A stretch of 32,029 nucleotides of DNA from an uncultured Erysipelotrichaceae bacterium (GTDB lineage: Bacteria > Bacillota_I > Bacilli_A > RF39 > UBA660), in the NCBI GenBank assembly GCA_902782535.1, contig CACZNM010000116.1, positions 1 to 32,029 on the forward strand. The letters run 5' to 3'. Below the pieces are notes generated by a model, which searched no databases, was not told where the DNA came from, and was given only the letters and a program-made list of their open reading frames with translations. Of this stretch, positions 8,671 through 18,076 are shown piece after piece (positions within the stretch are counted from its first letter, which is position 1; each line of letters opens with the position of its first letter). A program made the position numbers and the translations under genes.

Positions 8671-8697
8671 GAAGATTAGTTATTAATCTTCTTTTTT
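8671..8697 (+). terminator. intrinsic terminator
   Basis: GAAGATTA-loop-TAATCTTC-TTTTTT. Confidence 0.7.
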
Positions 8698-8753
8698 ATT
8701 GTTTTATTTGCCTATTATGTTGTATACTATATATATAGTAGCGGAGTATATGT

Positions 8754-11165
8754 ATGACTGAAATTATTAAAGCGATTGATGGTAATAAAATATATTTATC
8801 GGAAGAAATGGTTCAACAAATCAAAGTACTAATAAGAGGTAAAACTTATCTTGCTAATAAAGAAGAATTAGCTTCTCTAAGTAAAGGTGAAGTTAATGAA
8901 GGAACTTTTGCAAGAATTTATAGTAGTATTATTAGAAGTTTTCAAATGATACTAGATAATCCATATGTTAGTATTGATGATAGTTTTCAATTTGATGAAT
9001 CTCTACTAAACGAATTAAAAGATTTAAAAGAAGAATATAACAAAGCCAAAGCCCAATTGCAATTAAATGATGATTGCTATATGTTGGTTGATGATTATCC
9101 TCGTTTAGAACATGTTATTGATTTAATATATCAATGTACCGAGTTAGAAAAGAAGATGTACTTAATTCGTGATTTAACTAATGCTAAGAGAGATTATATA
9201 ATTGATATGAAATATTTCATGAGTGAAGATTCAATTAAGAAATTTGAAAGAGAATATAGTGAAGCATTACAAGAAAAGAATATTGATAAAATGTTGCAAA
9301 TGTTAAAACAAGTTCAACAGCTTATTTTACAAGAATGGGAAAAATATGATGGTGATATGGAAAGAATGACAGATGATAATTTCTGTTTCATTGGTCATAG
9401 TACAGGTAGTAGTCAATTTAATGGTGATTTTTTTAGTAGATATGTTTCATGCTCTTTATTTAATCAGAATTTAAATGATACATATCGAAGACGTTATGGT
9501 TTTATTATGGCTCCTAAAAACATTATTGGGGCAAGTAGTAATGATATGTTTGTTAATAATTATGCTAACGATATCGAAGATACACTACTATATACTAGTG
9601 TACCAATTATTCACCATCCCCAAAGATTACTTGATGAATGTATTGAACTAAAAAGAAAGAATATCGATGAAGACGAGGAAAAAGCAGTATATAATGAGGT
9701 TTTTATTGATGGCTTTAGTCCAATAGGAATCTTCTGCTTTACCAATGGTGCAAAAGAATTAGATGATAATTATCGTTTAGCTATAGGATTACAAAAGAGT
9801 TTCCCTAATTTAAAAATAAAATTTATAGATATAATGAAATTGAAAAAGGGAAATGACTTAAAACAAATGCAATTAGAACTGCTTAAATCTTTAGAGAAAA
9901 ATAGTGGATATAATATTGGATTAGATGTATTGCCTAGATATGAAATCTTTTTTCAAAAATTTGATGAATTAAAGAAAAAAGGTAATTATACTAAAGAAGA
10001 TATTGAAAATATTTATCAATATAACAATGAATTATTACTTACTAGTCCAGACATATTATTTGATGGGCAAACATCGGAAGAAGAAATCAAATTTGTTTTA
10101 GGAAGAAGTTATACATTTAATATTGATGAGATACTTAAAGGTAATATAACGATATATGCTTTAGAGGATTTAAAATCTTTAATAGAATATAAAGATCGAT
10201 TAAATAAGTATTATGCTGGATTATCTGAATTTGTTTTATTAATGTCGAAAGTTCCTATTGATAATGAAATAATTAATGAAATGAAAAGTGATTTACCAAC
10301 AAATTTTTATAAAATGGCCAAAGTTCTTGCCAAAAGACTGAAATTTATTCTTGAACAAAAAAAATATATTACGCAAACGAAAATTGATAGTTTAAAAGAA
10401 CGCCATCACATATTAATGGAGGAGTATAATAAGCGAAAAGAAATACAGGAAAAGTATCAATTTTATTTTGATATTTTAAGTAATGAATATCGTTATAGTC
10501 TTCTACAAATGGATATAGATAGTTTAGAAAGTGACCAAGAACAGAATAAACAAGAGAAGAATGATTTAATCGTTCAAAAAGAAGAAATAGAAAAGAAAAT
10601 AAATAAATTAATCGCTGATAATAATTCATTACCAAAAGAGAATTATAAGGATAGTATTAGATATAAAAATATCGTAGAAGAAATAAAAATGCTTAAAGTA
10701 CGATTAATTGTATTGCAAAGACATAGTATCTTAAATATGCGAAAAATAAAAGCGATAAAAGATAAAATAAACAGTTTAGAAAGAGAAGCTGAATCAATGG
10801 AGATTGAGTATGACCGTAATCATGATGACAATATTTTGGAAAATGATTTAATAATAGATTCACTAAAAGAAGAATTAAGTGATATAATAGAACGTATTGA
10901 AGAAAGAGAAACCGAAGAAAAAAGTTATAAAGAAGAAAAGGATAATATTAATAAAAAAATATTTGAATTATTTAAATGTCATACGATAGAAGAAGCTTTA
11001 ATAAAAATCCAAGAAGCAAAATCATTTATGAGTAATTATGATCATTCTAATGGATACTTGTTGCGAGAAGTAGAAAGAGAACTACAAGAAATAAATGAAC
11101 AGATATTATCGCATGAGAAAACTTTAACGGAAATAGAAGAGGAAAAAGGAAAATTATCAAAATAG
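8754..11165 (+). CDS. large hypothetical protein with a putative ADP-ribosyltransferase-like central domain and a long C-terminal coiled coil
   Basis: 803-aa ORF with 'FCFIGH' (H215), 'VSCSL' (S232/S234), 'YGFI', 'YNEV' (E315). The last ~280 aa are heptad-rich. The ORF is well supported; the function is inferred. Confidence 0.55.
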   Translation: MTEIIKAIDGNKIYLSEEMVQQIKVLIRGKTYLANKEELASLSKGEVNEGTFARIYSSIIRSFQMILDNPYVSIDDSFQFDESLLNELKDLKEEYNKAKAQLQLNDDCYMLVDDYPRLEHVIDLIYQCTELEKKMYLIRDLTNAKRDYIIDMKYFMSEDSIKKFEREYSEALQEKNIDKMLQMLKQVQQLILQEWEKYDGDMERMTDDNFCFIGHSTGSSQFNGDFFSRYVSCSLFNQNLNDTYRRRYGFIMAPKNIIGASSNDMFVNNYANDIEDTLLYTSVPIIHHPQRLLDECIELKRKNIDEDEEKAVYNEVFIDGFSPIGIFCFTNGAKELDDNYRLAIGLQKSFPNLKIKFIDIMKLKKGNDLKQMQLELLKSLEKNSGYNIGLDVLPRYEIFFQKFDELKKKGNYTKEDIENIYQYNNELLLTSPDILFDGQTSEEEIKFVLGRSYTFNIDEILKGNITIYALEDLKSLIEYKDRLNKYYAGLSEFVLLMSKVPIDNEIINEMKSDLPTNFYKMAKVLAKRLKFILEQKKYITQTKIDSLKERHHILMEEYNKRKEIQEKYQFYFDILSNEYRYSLLQMDIDSLESDQEQNKQEKNDLIVQKEEIEKKINKLIADNNSLPKENYKDSIRYKNIVEEIKMLKVRLIVLQRHSILNMRKIKAIKDKINSLEREAESMEIEYDRNHDDNILENDLIIDSLKEELSDIIERIEERETEEKSYKEEKDNINKKIFELFKCHTIEEALIKIQEAKSFMSNYDHSNGYLLREVERELQEINEQILSHEKTLTEIEEEKGKLSK

Positions 11166-11188
11166 ATTAATACAAGGTAGGTATTGAT

Positions 11189-12268
11189 ATGGAAAAGATT
11201 AAAACGCCAGAGGAATTATTAGACTTTATGTCTAATAATATTGAATATGGATATTTAGGAAGAAGTGGACAAATATATCATTATGATGATAAAGACTTTA
11301 ATAAAAATTGGTATACGGAATATGTTTTAGAAAGTAAAGATGAATTATTAAAAAATCTTTATGGTAATTGCTTTGATCAAGTTGAATTTGAAAGAGATTG
11401 GTTTACAAAAAATGGATATGAAATAAAAACTATCTTTGAAATGGTTAATGTAGATTATGAAAATGAATATCCAACGCATTCTTTTCTTGTATATAATAAT
11501 AAAGAGAATAGATGGTGTTGGTTTGAAAATGCTGATTATGCTAATCGTGGTATTCACATCTTTCGTTCTTTTGATGATTTAATTACTTATCAATATACTA
11601 AGTATGTAAATTTTCTTAAAACTTTTAATATTAGTGATACAGAAATAAATAGAATTATAATGACAGAGTTTTCAAAACCAAAGGAAAATATTAGTGCTAA
11701 AGAGTACCTTAATCATGTTATTAATTCACCACTAATTAATTTTAATAAGAAAAGTGTTTCTGAAAAAAGAGATTTATATGATAAAGACCGAAATAAATTA
11801 GCTGAAACTATTTTTAAAGGTGAAAGAATTCCCGATGATAGATATATTGTTGTTGTTTTAGTCTTTATTGAAAATATGGATGGTCAATTTTTAATTCAAA
11901 AAAGAAGTATGGTAAAAAATGGTTTATATGCTACTACTGGAGGACATCCTAAAAGTGGCGAAAGTAGTCTTGAAGGGCTTATTAGTGAAGTAAAAGAGGA
12001 AATAGGATTAGAACTTGATTCTAATAATCTAGAGTTATATTATCAAGGAAAATCAGATAAAGAACATGTTTTTTGGGATGATTATTATATTAAAATGGAT
12101 ATACATAATATCAATGACTTATCTTTACAAAAGGAAGAAGTTGAAAGTATCGAATGGCTTTCTGAAGATGAAATAAGAAGATTGATGCAGGAAGAAAAAT
12201 TCTTTCAAAGTCATTACGAAGAATTTGAAATATTACTTGAGTGGAAAGCGATGAAGAAGGTGGAATAA
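11189..12268 (+). CDS. fusion of a papain/transglutaminase-like (Cys-His-Glu) domain and a Nudix hydrolase
   Basis: N-domain 'GNCFDQVE..THSFL..WFEN'; C-domain Nudix box 'GGHPKSGESSLEGLISEVKEEIG' and 'LQKEEVE'. Confidence 0.75.
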   Translation: MEKIKTPEELLDFMSNNIEYGYLGRSGQIYHYDDKDFNKNWYTEYVLESKDELLKNLYGNCFDQVEFERDWFTKNGYEIKTIFEMVNVDYENEYPTHSFLVYNNKENRWCWFENADYANRGIHIFRSFDDLITYQYTKYVNFLKTFNISDTEINRIIMTEFSKPKENISAKEYLNHVINSPLINFNKKSVSEKRDLYDKDRNKLAETIFKGERIPDDRYIVVVLVFIENMDGQFLIQKRSMVKNGLYATTGGHPKSGESSLEGLISEVKEEIGLELDSNNLELYYQGKSDKEHVFWDDYYIKMDIHNINDLSLQKEEVESIEWLSEDEIRRLMQEEKFFQSHYEEFEILLEWKAMKKVE

Positions 12269-12804
12269 TGCAATTATATCTTAGAGAAATAAATAAAAAT
12301 GATCAAGGTGAATTACTCCAAATGGTTAATGAAATAAAAAATGATACAATTGAAGATAAATTTGAAGGTTTTAGAGACATTCAATATTTAAACGAAGAGA
12401 ACTTTAATGATTTTTTAATAGAACGTGAACACAATAAAAATATGAAGTTATATAGACCTGATTTAGTTAACCAAACAACTTTTATATTAGTTGATGATAG
12501 CAATCATATCTATGGTGGAACTAATTTAAGACATGAATTAAATGATAATTTATTGAATTTTGGCGGGCATATTGGTTATTTGATTAGACCTAGCGAAAGA
12601 AGAAAAGGTTATGGAACCTTAATTTTAAGTTTAGTTTTAAAAGAATGTCAAAAAAGAGGAATAACTAAAGTGTTAGTTACATGTCGAGAAGGAAATATTG
12701 GTTCAGCCAAAGTAATTGAAAAAAATCAGGGAATATATGAAAATAGTAAAAAGAAAGTTGAAGATAATAAAATATATCGAAGATATTGGATAGAATTACA
12801 TTAA
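12268..12804 (+). CDS. GNAT acetyltransferase (COG3981-like)
   Basis: 'NLRHELND.LL..GGHIGYLIRPSERRKGYG', 'VTC...NIGSAKVIEKNQG', 'RRYWI'. Start is at the TAATG overlap (12268). Confidence 0.88.
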   Translation: MQLYLREINKNDQGELLQMVNEIKNDTIEDKFEGFRDIQYLNEENFNDFLIEREHNKNMKLYRPDLVNQTTFILVDDSNHIYGGTNLRHELNDNLLNFGGHIGYLIRPSERRKGYGTLILSLVLKECQKRGITKVLVTCREGNIGSAKVIEKNQGIYENSKKKVEDNKIYRRYWIELH

Positions 12805-12810
12805 TTTATG

Positions 12811-12856
12811 AAAAAAGATGGATATTATATAAAAATCCACCTTTTTTTGATATAAT
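12811..12856 (+). terminator. terminator-like hairpin overlapping an extended -10 promoter for the SDR gene
   Basis: AAAAAAGATGGAT...ATCCACCTTTTTTT, then TG-a-TATAAT (12848-12856). Confidence 0.5.
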
Positions 12857-12898
12857 TTAGATAGATGAATTTATTAATTTAATGAAAAGGAGAATGTT

Positions 12899-13570
12899 AT
12901 GAAAAATATTATTTTAACTGGTGCAAGTGATGGTTTAGGAAAAGAGTTTGCCAAACTATGTATAAAGGAAGGTATAAACATAATAGCATTATGTAGAACT
13001 AAGCCTGATTATGAATGTGATTATATAAGAGTTGATTTAACCGATGAATTATCAATGACAAGTGCCTGTCAGGAAATAAAAACTAGATATAACAAAATTG
13101 ATGCGTTAGTTAATTGTGCTGGTGTACCTGGAATTGAAAAATTATATGAAATTACTTATGCATGCCTTGATAATTTAATGAAAATAAATAGTATAGCACC
13201 TATGTTTTTAGTATCACAATTAATTGATTTAATTAAATTAAGTGAAGCAGACATTATAAATATTGGTTCTACAATAGGTTTAAAACAAGGTTATGAAAAT
13301 CAATTAGCATATACAACATCTAAATGGGCATTAAGAGGTACAAGTTATAATTTACAACTTGAATTAAAGAAATATAACTGTCGTGTTATTCAATTAAATG
13401 TTGGAGGGATGAATACGAGAATGCATGAGAAATATACTGGAAATAAAATAGAAAATCCTGATGAATGGATGAATCCCAAAGATATCGCTGAAATTATGTT
13501 ATATACAATTAAATTACCTAAAAAGATTGAAATAAGTGAAATGACGATAAATAGAAAAAATATATGTTAA
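12899..13570 (+). CDS. short-chain dehydrogenase/reductase (SDR)
   Basis: TGASDGLG, 'LVNCAG', 'NIGS', catalytic YTTSK. Confidence 0.9.
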   Translation: MKNIILTGASDGLGKEFAKLCIKEGINIIALCRTKPDYECDYIRVDLTDELSMTSACQEIKTRYNKIDALVNCAGVPGIEKLYEITYACLDNLMKINSIAPMFLVSQLIDLIKLSEADIINIGSTIGLKQGYENQLAYTTSKWALRGTSYNLQLELKKYNCRVIQLNVGGMNTRMHEKYTGNKIENPDEWMNPKDIAEIMLYTIKLPKKIEISEMTINRKNIC

Positions 13571-13571
13571 T

Positions 13572-13631
13572 TATAAAAAAGTATTAGCAGCCTTAATTGT
13601 TATTTTAGGTATAGTATTAATAAAGATATAA
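13572..13631 (+). pseudogene. 3' remnant of a membrane protein gene (EamA/DMT-like last helix)
   Basis: Reads YKKVLAALIVILGIVLIKI-stop with no start codon. Confidence 0.5.
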
Positions 13632-13662
13632 AGAGAAGTTGATTCGATGAAAGAGGTAAATA

Positions 13663-14211
13663 ATGACAATAGAAAATATTAAAACACCACAAGATATTTT
13701 AGAATTTATGAATGAAAAAATTAAATATGGATGGCTTGATATTAATAATGAAGAACATATAGGTAATATGAAAAATTTTAGAAGATTATATCGAACATCC
13801 ACATTAAATGAAATTTTAAAATATGGTATAGGTACTTGTATAGAACAAGTATGGTTAATGAAATATTTATTAGATAAAATTAATATACCAAATAAAATGT
13901 TTTGTACAAGAATATATGAAGGTAAAGATTTTAATAACTTAGAAGCTGAAGAACATATGCATTGTTTTATATTGTATTGTGCTAATAATAAAGTGTTTCA
14001 AATTGAACATCCTAATTGGGAAAGGATTGGTATATATGAATTTAATTCAGAAGAGGAAGCAATCAATACAATCAATGATTATTATGTTAAAATGTCAGGT
14101 GGTAAATCAAGACCAGTAACAGAGTTTTATAACGTTGCACCCAATTTATCATTTAAAGAATTTAATGAATATATAAATAGTTTGGATGAAAAAGAGAAAA
14201 CAAAGAGATAA
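13663..14211 (+). CDS. stand-alone papain/transglutaminase-like protein, paralog of the 11189 N-domain
   Basis: 'IKTPQDILEFMNEKIKYG', 'GTCIEQV', 'HCFI', 'QIEH', 'GIYEF' align with the N-terminus of the 11189 protein. Confidence 0.7.
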   Translation: MTIENIKTPQDILEFMNEKIKYGWLDINNEEHIGNMKNFRRLYRTSTLNEILKYGIGTCIEQVWLMKYLLDKINIPNKMFCTRIYEGKDFNNLEAEEHMHCFILYCANNKVFQIEHPNWERIGIYEFNSEEEAINTINDYYVKMSGGKSRPVTEFYNVAPNLSFKEFNEYINSLDEKEKTKR

Positions 14212-14273
14212 AGATAAATTAAATTTTAAAAAGATAATTACATCATTAAGTTACAAAAAACAGGTGAAATTTT

Positions 14274-15353
14274 ATGAAAATAAATAATATAATAGATGAT
14301 AATTATAAGTACAAAATTATTGATAAGATGGAATTTGATAATAAGTATCTATTACGTAATACGGATGGAAGTAAATATAAAAAGTATTTACTGATATGTT
14401 ATAAGAATGATGATATTATTAAGTATGATGATATACCTAATGAAAGTTATCTGAATAGATTTAGTAACATAATAAAAACATATCTTGTGGAAGAAATTGT
14501 ATCAATATGTATTCATTTTGATAGTATGTATAAGGAATTAAATTACTTTCATATAGATGATATTTATTTTATAAAGTATTTAATAGATGAAGAATGCTCT
14601 GATATGTTTAAATCAAATAATGATTACGAAATTATTATAGATAAGTTAGGATTTAAACTAAGATATAAAGAGGTGAATTTTATGATTAAATCAAAAGGAT
14701 GGAATTGGAAAATTGTAAAAGAAAGTAATGAAGAAATTTGGAAAAATCCAAGTATTGAATCATATTATCTTCTTAATAGATGGCTTTCACAAGGAAAAAA
14801 ATCATTTTTAGATTTAGGGTGTGGCTTGGGAAGACATTCTATTTTATTTGGTAAAAATAGTTTTGATGTCTTTTGCTTTGATATTAGTGAAGAAGCTATT
14901 AATAGAACAAAAAAGTGGGCTATAAAAGAAAATTTAAATTTTGATTATCAAATTGGTGATATGCTTAATTTGCCATATGAAGATGAAAAATTTGATTGCA
15001 TATTATGTAGAAATGTTATATCACATACTGATACAGAAGGAATGAAAAAAGTAGTTAAAGAGTTATACCGAGTTCTTAAAATTGGTGGGGAGTGTTATTT
15101 AACTTTAGGATCAAAAGATACATGGGGGTTTAAGCAAGAAAATTGGCCATTACTTGATGAAAATACTAGATTAAGAATGGAACATGGTCCTGAATATAAA
15201 GTTCCTCATTTCTACGTGGATTATGATTTAGTCAAACAATTATTTAGTAGTTTTGATATTATCAATATATATCAAGTTATTGATTATTTTGAAAAAACAG
15301 ATGGATTAGTTGATTCATATCATTATCATGTATTAATTAAAAAAAATAAATAA
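14274..15353 (+). CDS. class I SAM-dependent methyltransferase with a 136-aa unknown N-terminal extension (internal start at 14682)
   Basis: 'LDLGCGLGRH', 'FDISEEAI', 'GDMLNLPYEDEKFD', 'ELYRVLKIGG'. An in-frame ATG at 14682 has its own SD GAGGTG. Confidence 0.85.
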   Translation: MKINNIIDDNYKYKIIDKMEFDNKYLLRNTDGSKYKKYLLICYKNDDIIKYDDIPNESYLNRFSNIIKTYLVEEIVSICIHFDSMYKELNYFHIDDIYFIKYLIDEECSDMFKSNNDYEIIIDKLGFKLRYKEVNFMIKSKGWNWKIVKESNEEIWKNPSIESYYLLNRWLSQGKKSFLDLGCGLGRHSILFGKNSFDVFCFDISEEAINRTKKWAIKENLNFDYQIGDMLNLPYEDEKFDCILCRNVISHTDTEGMKKVVKELYRVLKIGGECYLTLGSKDTWGFKQENWPLLDENTRLRMEHGPEYKVPHFYVDYDLVKQLFSSFDIINIYQVIDYFEKTDGLVDSYHYHVLIKKNK

Positions 15354-15369
15354 GTTAAAGGAGTGAAAA

Positions 15370-15669
15370 ATGAATTATGCTATTGAACTAGTATTTGATG
15401 AAGAAAGCCAAAAAGTTATTAATAATTTAAGGGCAAAACTAAGTGAAAATGGTGTACATGATGAAGCGGTTAAATTAAATCATGTATCTATAGGAGATTA
15501 TAAAACAGGTAATATTGATGAATTAAAAAATAGAGTAATAGAATTTTCTAAAACAATTAAACCATTTGGAATAGCATTAGTTTCAGTAGGAACCTTTATG
15601 ACAAAAGAAAATGTTATATTTTTAGAACCTGTTATTACTAGAGAATTAATAGATGTTATCATGATTTAA
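15370..15669 (+). pseudogene. truncated 2H phosphoesterase (2'-5' RNA ligase superfamily)
   Basis: 'YAIELVFD', first motif 'HVSI', 'SVGTF...NVIFLEP'. It stops before the second Hx[S/T] motif. Confidence 0.6.
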
Positions 15670-15746
15670 TACCACAAAAAGTTATTAAAGTTAATTATAA
15701 AGATTTTGAAAAATATTTTCATAGAGAAATTAGAAAAATGAGGTAA
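15657..15746 (+). pseudogene. 3' remnant of another gene joined out of frame to the truncated 2H gene
   Basis: Reads YHDLIPQKVIKVNYKDFEKYFHREIRKMR-stop. The stop lies within the SD of the next gene. Confidence 0.4.
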
Positions 15747-15750
15747 AAAA

Positions 15751-16782
15751 ATGATTAAGCCAAATAAGTTAAAAAAGGGAGATAAAGTTGCAATTGTAAG
15801 TCTTTCATGGGGAGGACTCGGTGATGAAAAATTAATTCATAAATATTATATAGCTAAAGAAAGATTAGAAAATGATTTTGGATTAGAAGTAATTACGATG
15901 CCTAATGCTTTAAAAGGTAGTAAATATATTTACGAACATCCAGAAGCAAGGGCACAAGATTTGATGGATGCATTTAAAGATGAATCAATAAAAGGTATTT
16001 TTTGTGCAATAGGTGGAAGTGATACTATAAGATTATTACCCTATATAGATTATGAAGTAATAAAAAATAATCCTAAGATATTTATGGGATATTCTGATAC
16101 AACAGTCAATCATTTTATGATGAATAAAGCTGGAATTATTTCTTATTATGGACCATCAATAATGTGTGAATTTGGTGAGTATGTTAAGATGTTTGATTAT
16201 ACAAAAGAGGCAGTAGAAAATATTTTGTTTAATGATAGTGAAAATTATGAAATAAAGTCAAGTGAAATTTGGTCAAATGATTTTGTACCATGGAAAGAAG
16301 AAAATATAAATGTTGCTAAAAAGACATTGAAAGAAGAACATGGATATGAAGTGTTACAAGGCTCTGGTACTGTAACTGGAAAAGTACTAGGTGGATGTAT
16401 TGATGTTTTTCCAATGATGACAGGTACTAGAATATGGCCTACCAAAGAAGAATGGAAAGATAAGATATTATTATTGGAAACAAGTGAGGAAAAGCCAAGT
16501 CCAGATTTAGTTACATATTATCTTAGAAATTTAGGGGCACAAGGAATATTTGAAGTAATAAAAGGTATAATTGTTGGAAAGCCACAAGATGAAAAATACT
16601 ATGATGAATATAAAGATGTATATAAAAAGGTAATGAAAGAATTTAAATGCGAAGATTTACCAATAATGTATAATATTAATATAGGTCATGCATATCCAAT
16701 TGGTATAATACCATTAGGAATAAATATAAAAATTGATTATACAAACAAAAAAATATATCTTCTTGAATCAGCAACTAAATAG
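15751..16782 (+). CDS. peptidase S66 family (LD-carboxypeptidase / MccF-like)
   Basis: 'LKKGDKVAIVSLS', 'AIGGSD', nucleophile 'GYSDTT', 'LETSE', 'NIGH'. Confidence 0.9.
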   Translation: MIKPNKLKKGDKVAIVSLSWGGLGDEKLIHKYYIAKERLENDFGLEVITMPNALKGSKYIYEHPEARAQDLMDAFKDESIKGIFCAIGGSDTIRLLPYIDYEVIKNNPKIFMGYSDTTVNHFMMNKAGIISYYGPSIMCEFGEYVKMFDYTKEAVENILFNDSENYEIKSSEIWSNDFVPWKEENINVAKKTLKEEHGYEVLQGSGTVTGKVLGGCIDVFPMMTGTRIWPTKEEWKDKILLLETSEEKPSPDLVTYYLRNLGAQGIFEVIKGIIVGKPQDEKYYDEYKDVYKKVMKEFKCEDLPIMYNINIGHAYPIGIIPLGINIKIDYTNKKIYLLESATK

Positions 16783-16948
16783 AAGAAATTGATTGGGATT
16801 AATTAAAATTAAACTAATATCAATATCTTGTGACACTTTTTGTAATACTTTCTAGAAATGCTTCTAAAATAAAGCTTTGTGAGAATTGGCATCTTACATA
16901 ATTAATATAAAAATTTAACTAAGCAGTCATTAAAAATGAGGTGAATTT

Positions 16949-17362
16949 ATGAAAATTGAAAAGGTAAAGTCAAATGAAAAAATAGAAAAATTTATAGAAG
17001 AAGAACAACAAAAATATGAAACAAAAAATGACATTGAATGTAATTATACACCATTTTGTTTCGTAGCTAAAGAAAATGATGAACTAGTTGGTGCAATTGA
17101 AGGTGCAACATTTTTTTCAGAAGTATATATAGATGAATTAGTGGTAAAGGATAATCAAAGAGGAAGAGGCATAGGTACAAAATTAATTAATGCTGTTGAG
17201 GAGTATTATAAAGATTCTGGATTTAATAATATGAATACTTGCACCAATGAATTTCAAGCATCTATTTTTTATGAGAAATGTGGTTTTGAATTAGAATTTG
17301 TTAGAAAGAATAAAGATAATCCAAAATTAAATAAATATTTTTATATAAAATATTTTAAATAA
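16949..17362 (+). CDS. GNAT acetyltransferase
   Basis: 'YIDELVV...QRGRGIGTKLI', 'FQASIFYEKCGF'. Confidence 0.9.
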   Translation: MKIEKVKSNEKIEKFIEEEQQKYETKNDIECNYTPFCFVAKENDELVGAIEGATFFSEVYIDELVVKDNQRGRGIGTKLINAVEEYYKDSGFNNMNTCTNEFQASIFYEKCGFELEFVRKNKDNPKLNKYFYIKYFK

Positions 17363-17375
17363 AAGAGGTTATATA

Positions 17376-17825
17376 ATGGTAAATTATACATGGTATAATA
17401 CTTCTGTACCAAAAGATATAGAAGTTAGACAAGTTTATGGTATTGTGTTTTCAAATGACTTTGATGTTTTATTAAGAATAGAAGATAATAATTATAAATT
17501 AACAGGTGGAAAGCCAGAAGAAAATGAATCATATGAAGAAACATTAAAAAGAGAATATATTGAAGAGTTAAATGTTGAATTAGATGATTGCTATTATTTA
17601 GGATATTTATTGGTAGAAGATAATAATGAAAGATATGCTCAAGTTAGAATGATCGCTAAAATAAAAAGTATTAATGAAAATCATATTGACCGTGCTACTG
17701 GTAAGATGTATGGAAGAGAGTTAGTAAGTATTAATAAGGTAAAAGAATTATTAAATTATCAAGATGAAGCAGGTAATTTAATGATAGATGAAGCAATAAA
17801 AAAAGCTAAAGAAATATATGGTTAA
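17376..17825 (+). CDS. Nudix hydrolase
   Basis: Nudix box 'GGKPEENESYEETLKREYIEELN'. Confidence 0.85.
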   Translation: MVNYTWYNTSVPKDIEVRQVYGIVFSNDFDVLLRIEDNNYKLTGGKPEENESYEETLKREYIEELNVELDDCYYLGYLLVEDNNERYAQVRMIAKIKSINENHIDRATGKMYGRELVSINKVKELLNYQDEAGNLMIDEAIKKAKEIYG

Positions 17826-17834
17826 AAGTATTAG

Positions 17835-17963
17835 ACAATTGAAAATAATTGTGGTGTTTTAAAAGAGGTAATATTTGATTCACAAGAAAATTGTAATTTT
17901 AAAAAATATTGGATAAATGTAAAAGAAGCATTAAATAAAAAAGAAGAAATCAGAAGGAGGTAA
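17835..17963 (+). pseudogene. 3' remnant of a COG3981-like GNAT
   Basis: Reads TIENNCGVLKEVIFDSQENCNFKKYWINVKEALNKKEEIRRR-stop, matching the end of the 12268 GNAT (VIEKNQGIYE...RRYWI). Confidence 0.6.
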
Positions 17964-17968
17964 TTCAA

Positions 17969-18076
17969 ATGAATAATGAAGGAAAAGTTATCAAGATGAA
18001 TATCAACTGTTTGATTGAAATTTATTCTAGATTTTTCGCAAATTTCTATAAAATAAGGGAAAATTTATCAAAATAG
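17969..18076 (+). pseudogene. 35-aa ORF, either a 5' gene remnant or a small peptide
   Basis: Strong SD AGGAGGT; MNNEGKVIKMNINCLIEIYSRFFANFYKIRENLSK-stop. Confidence 0.35.
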
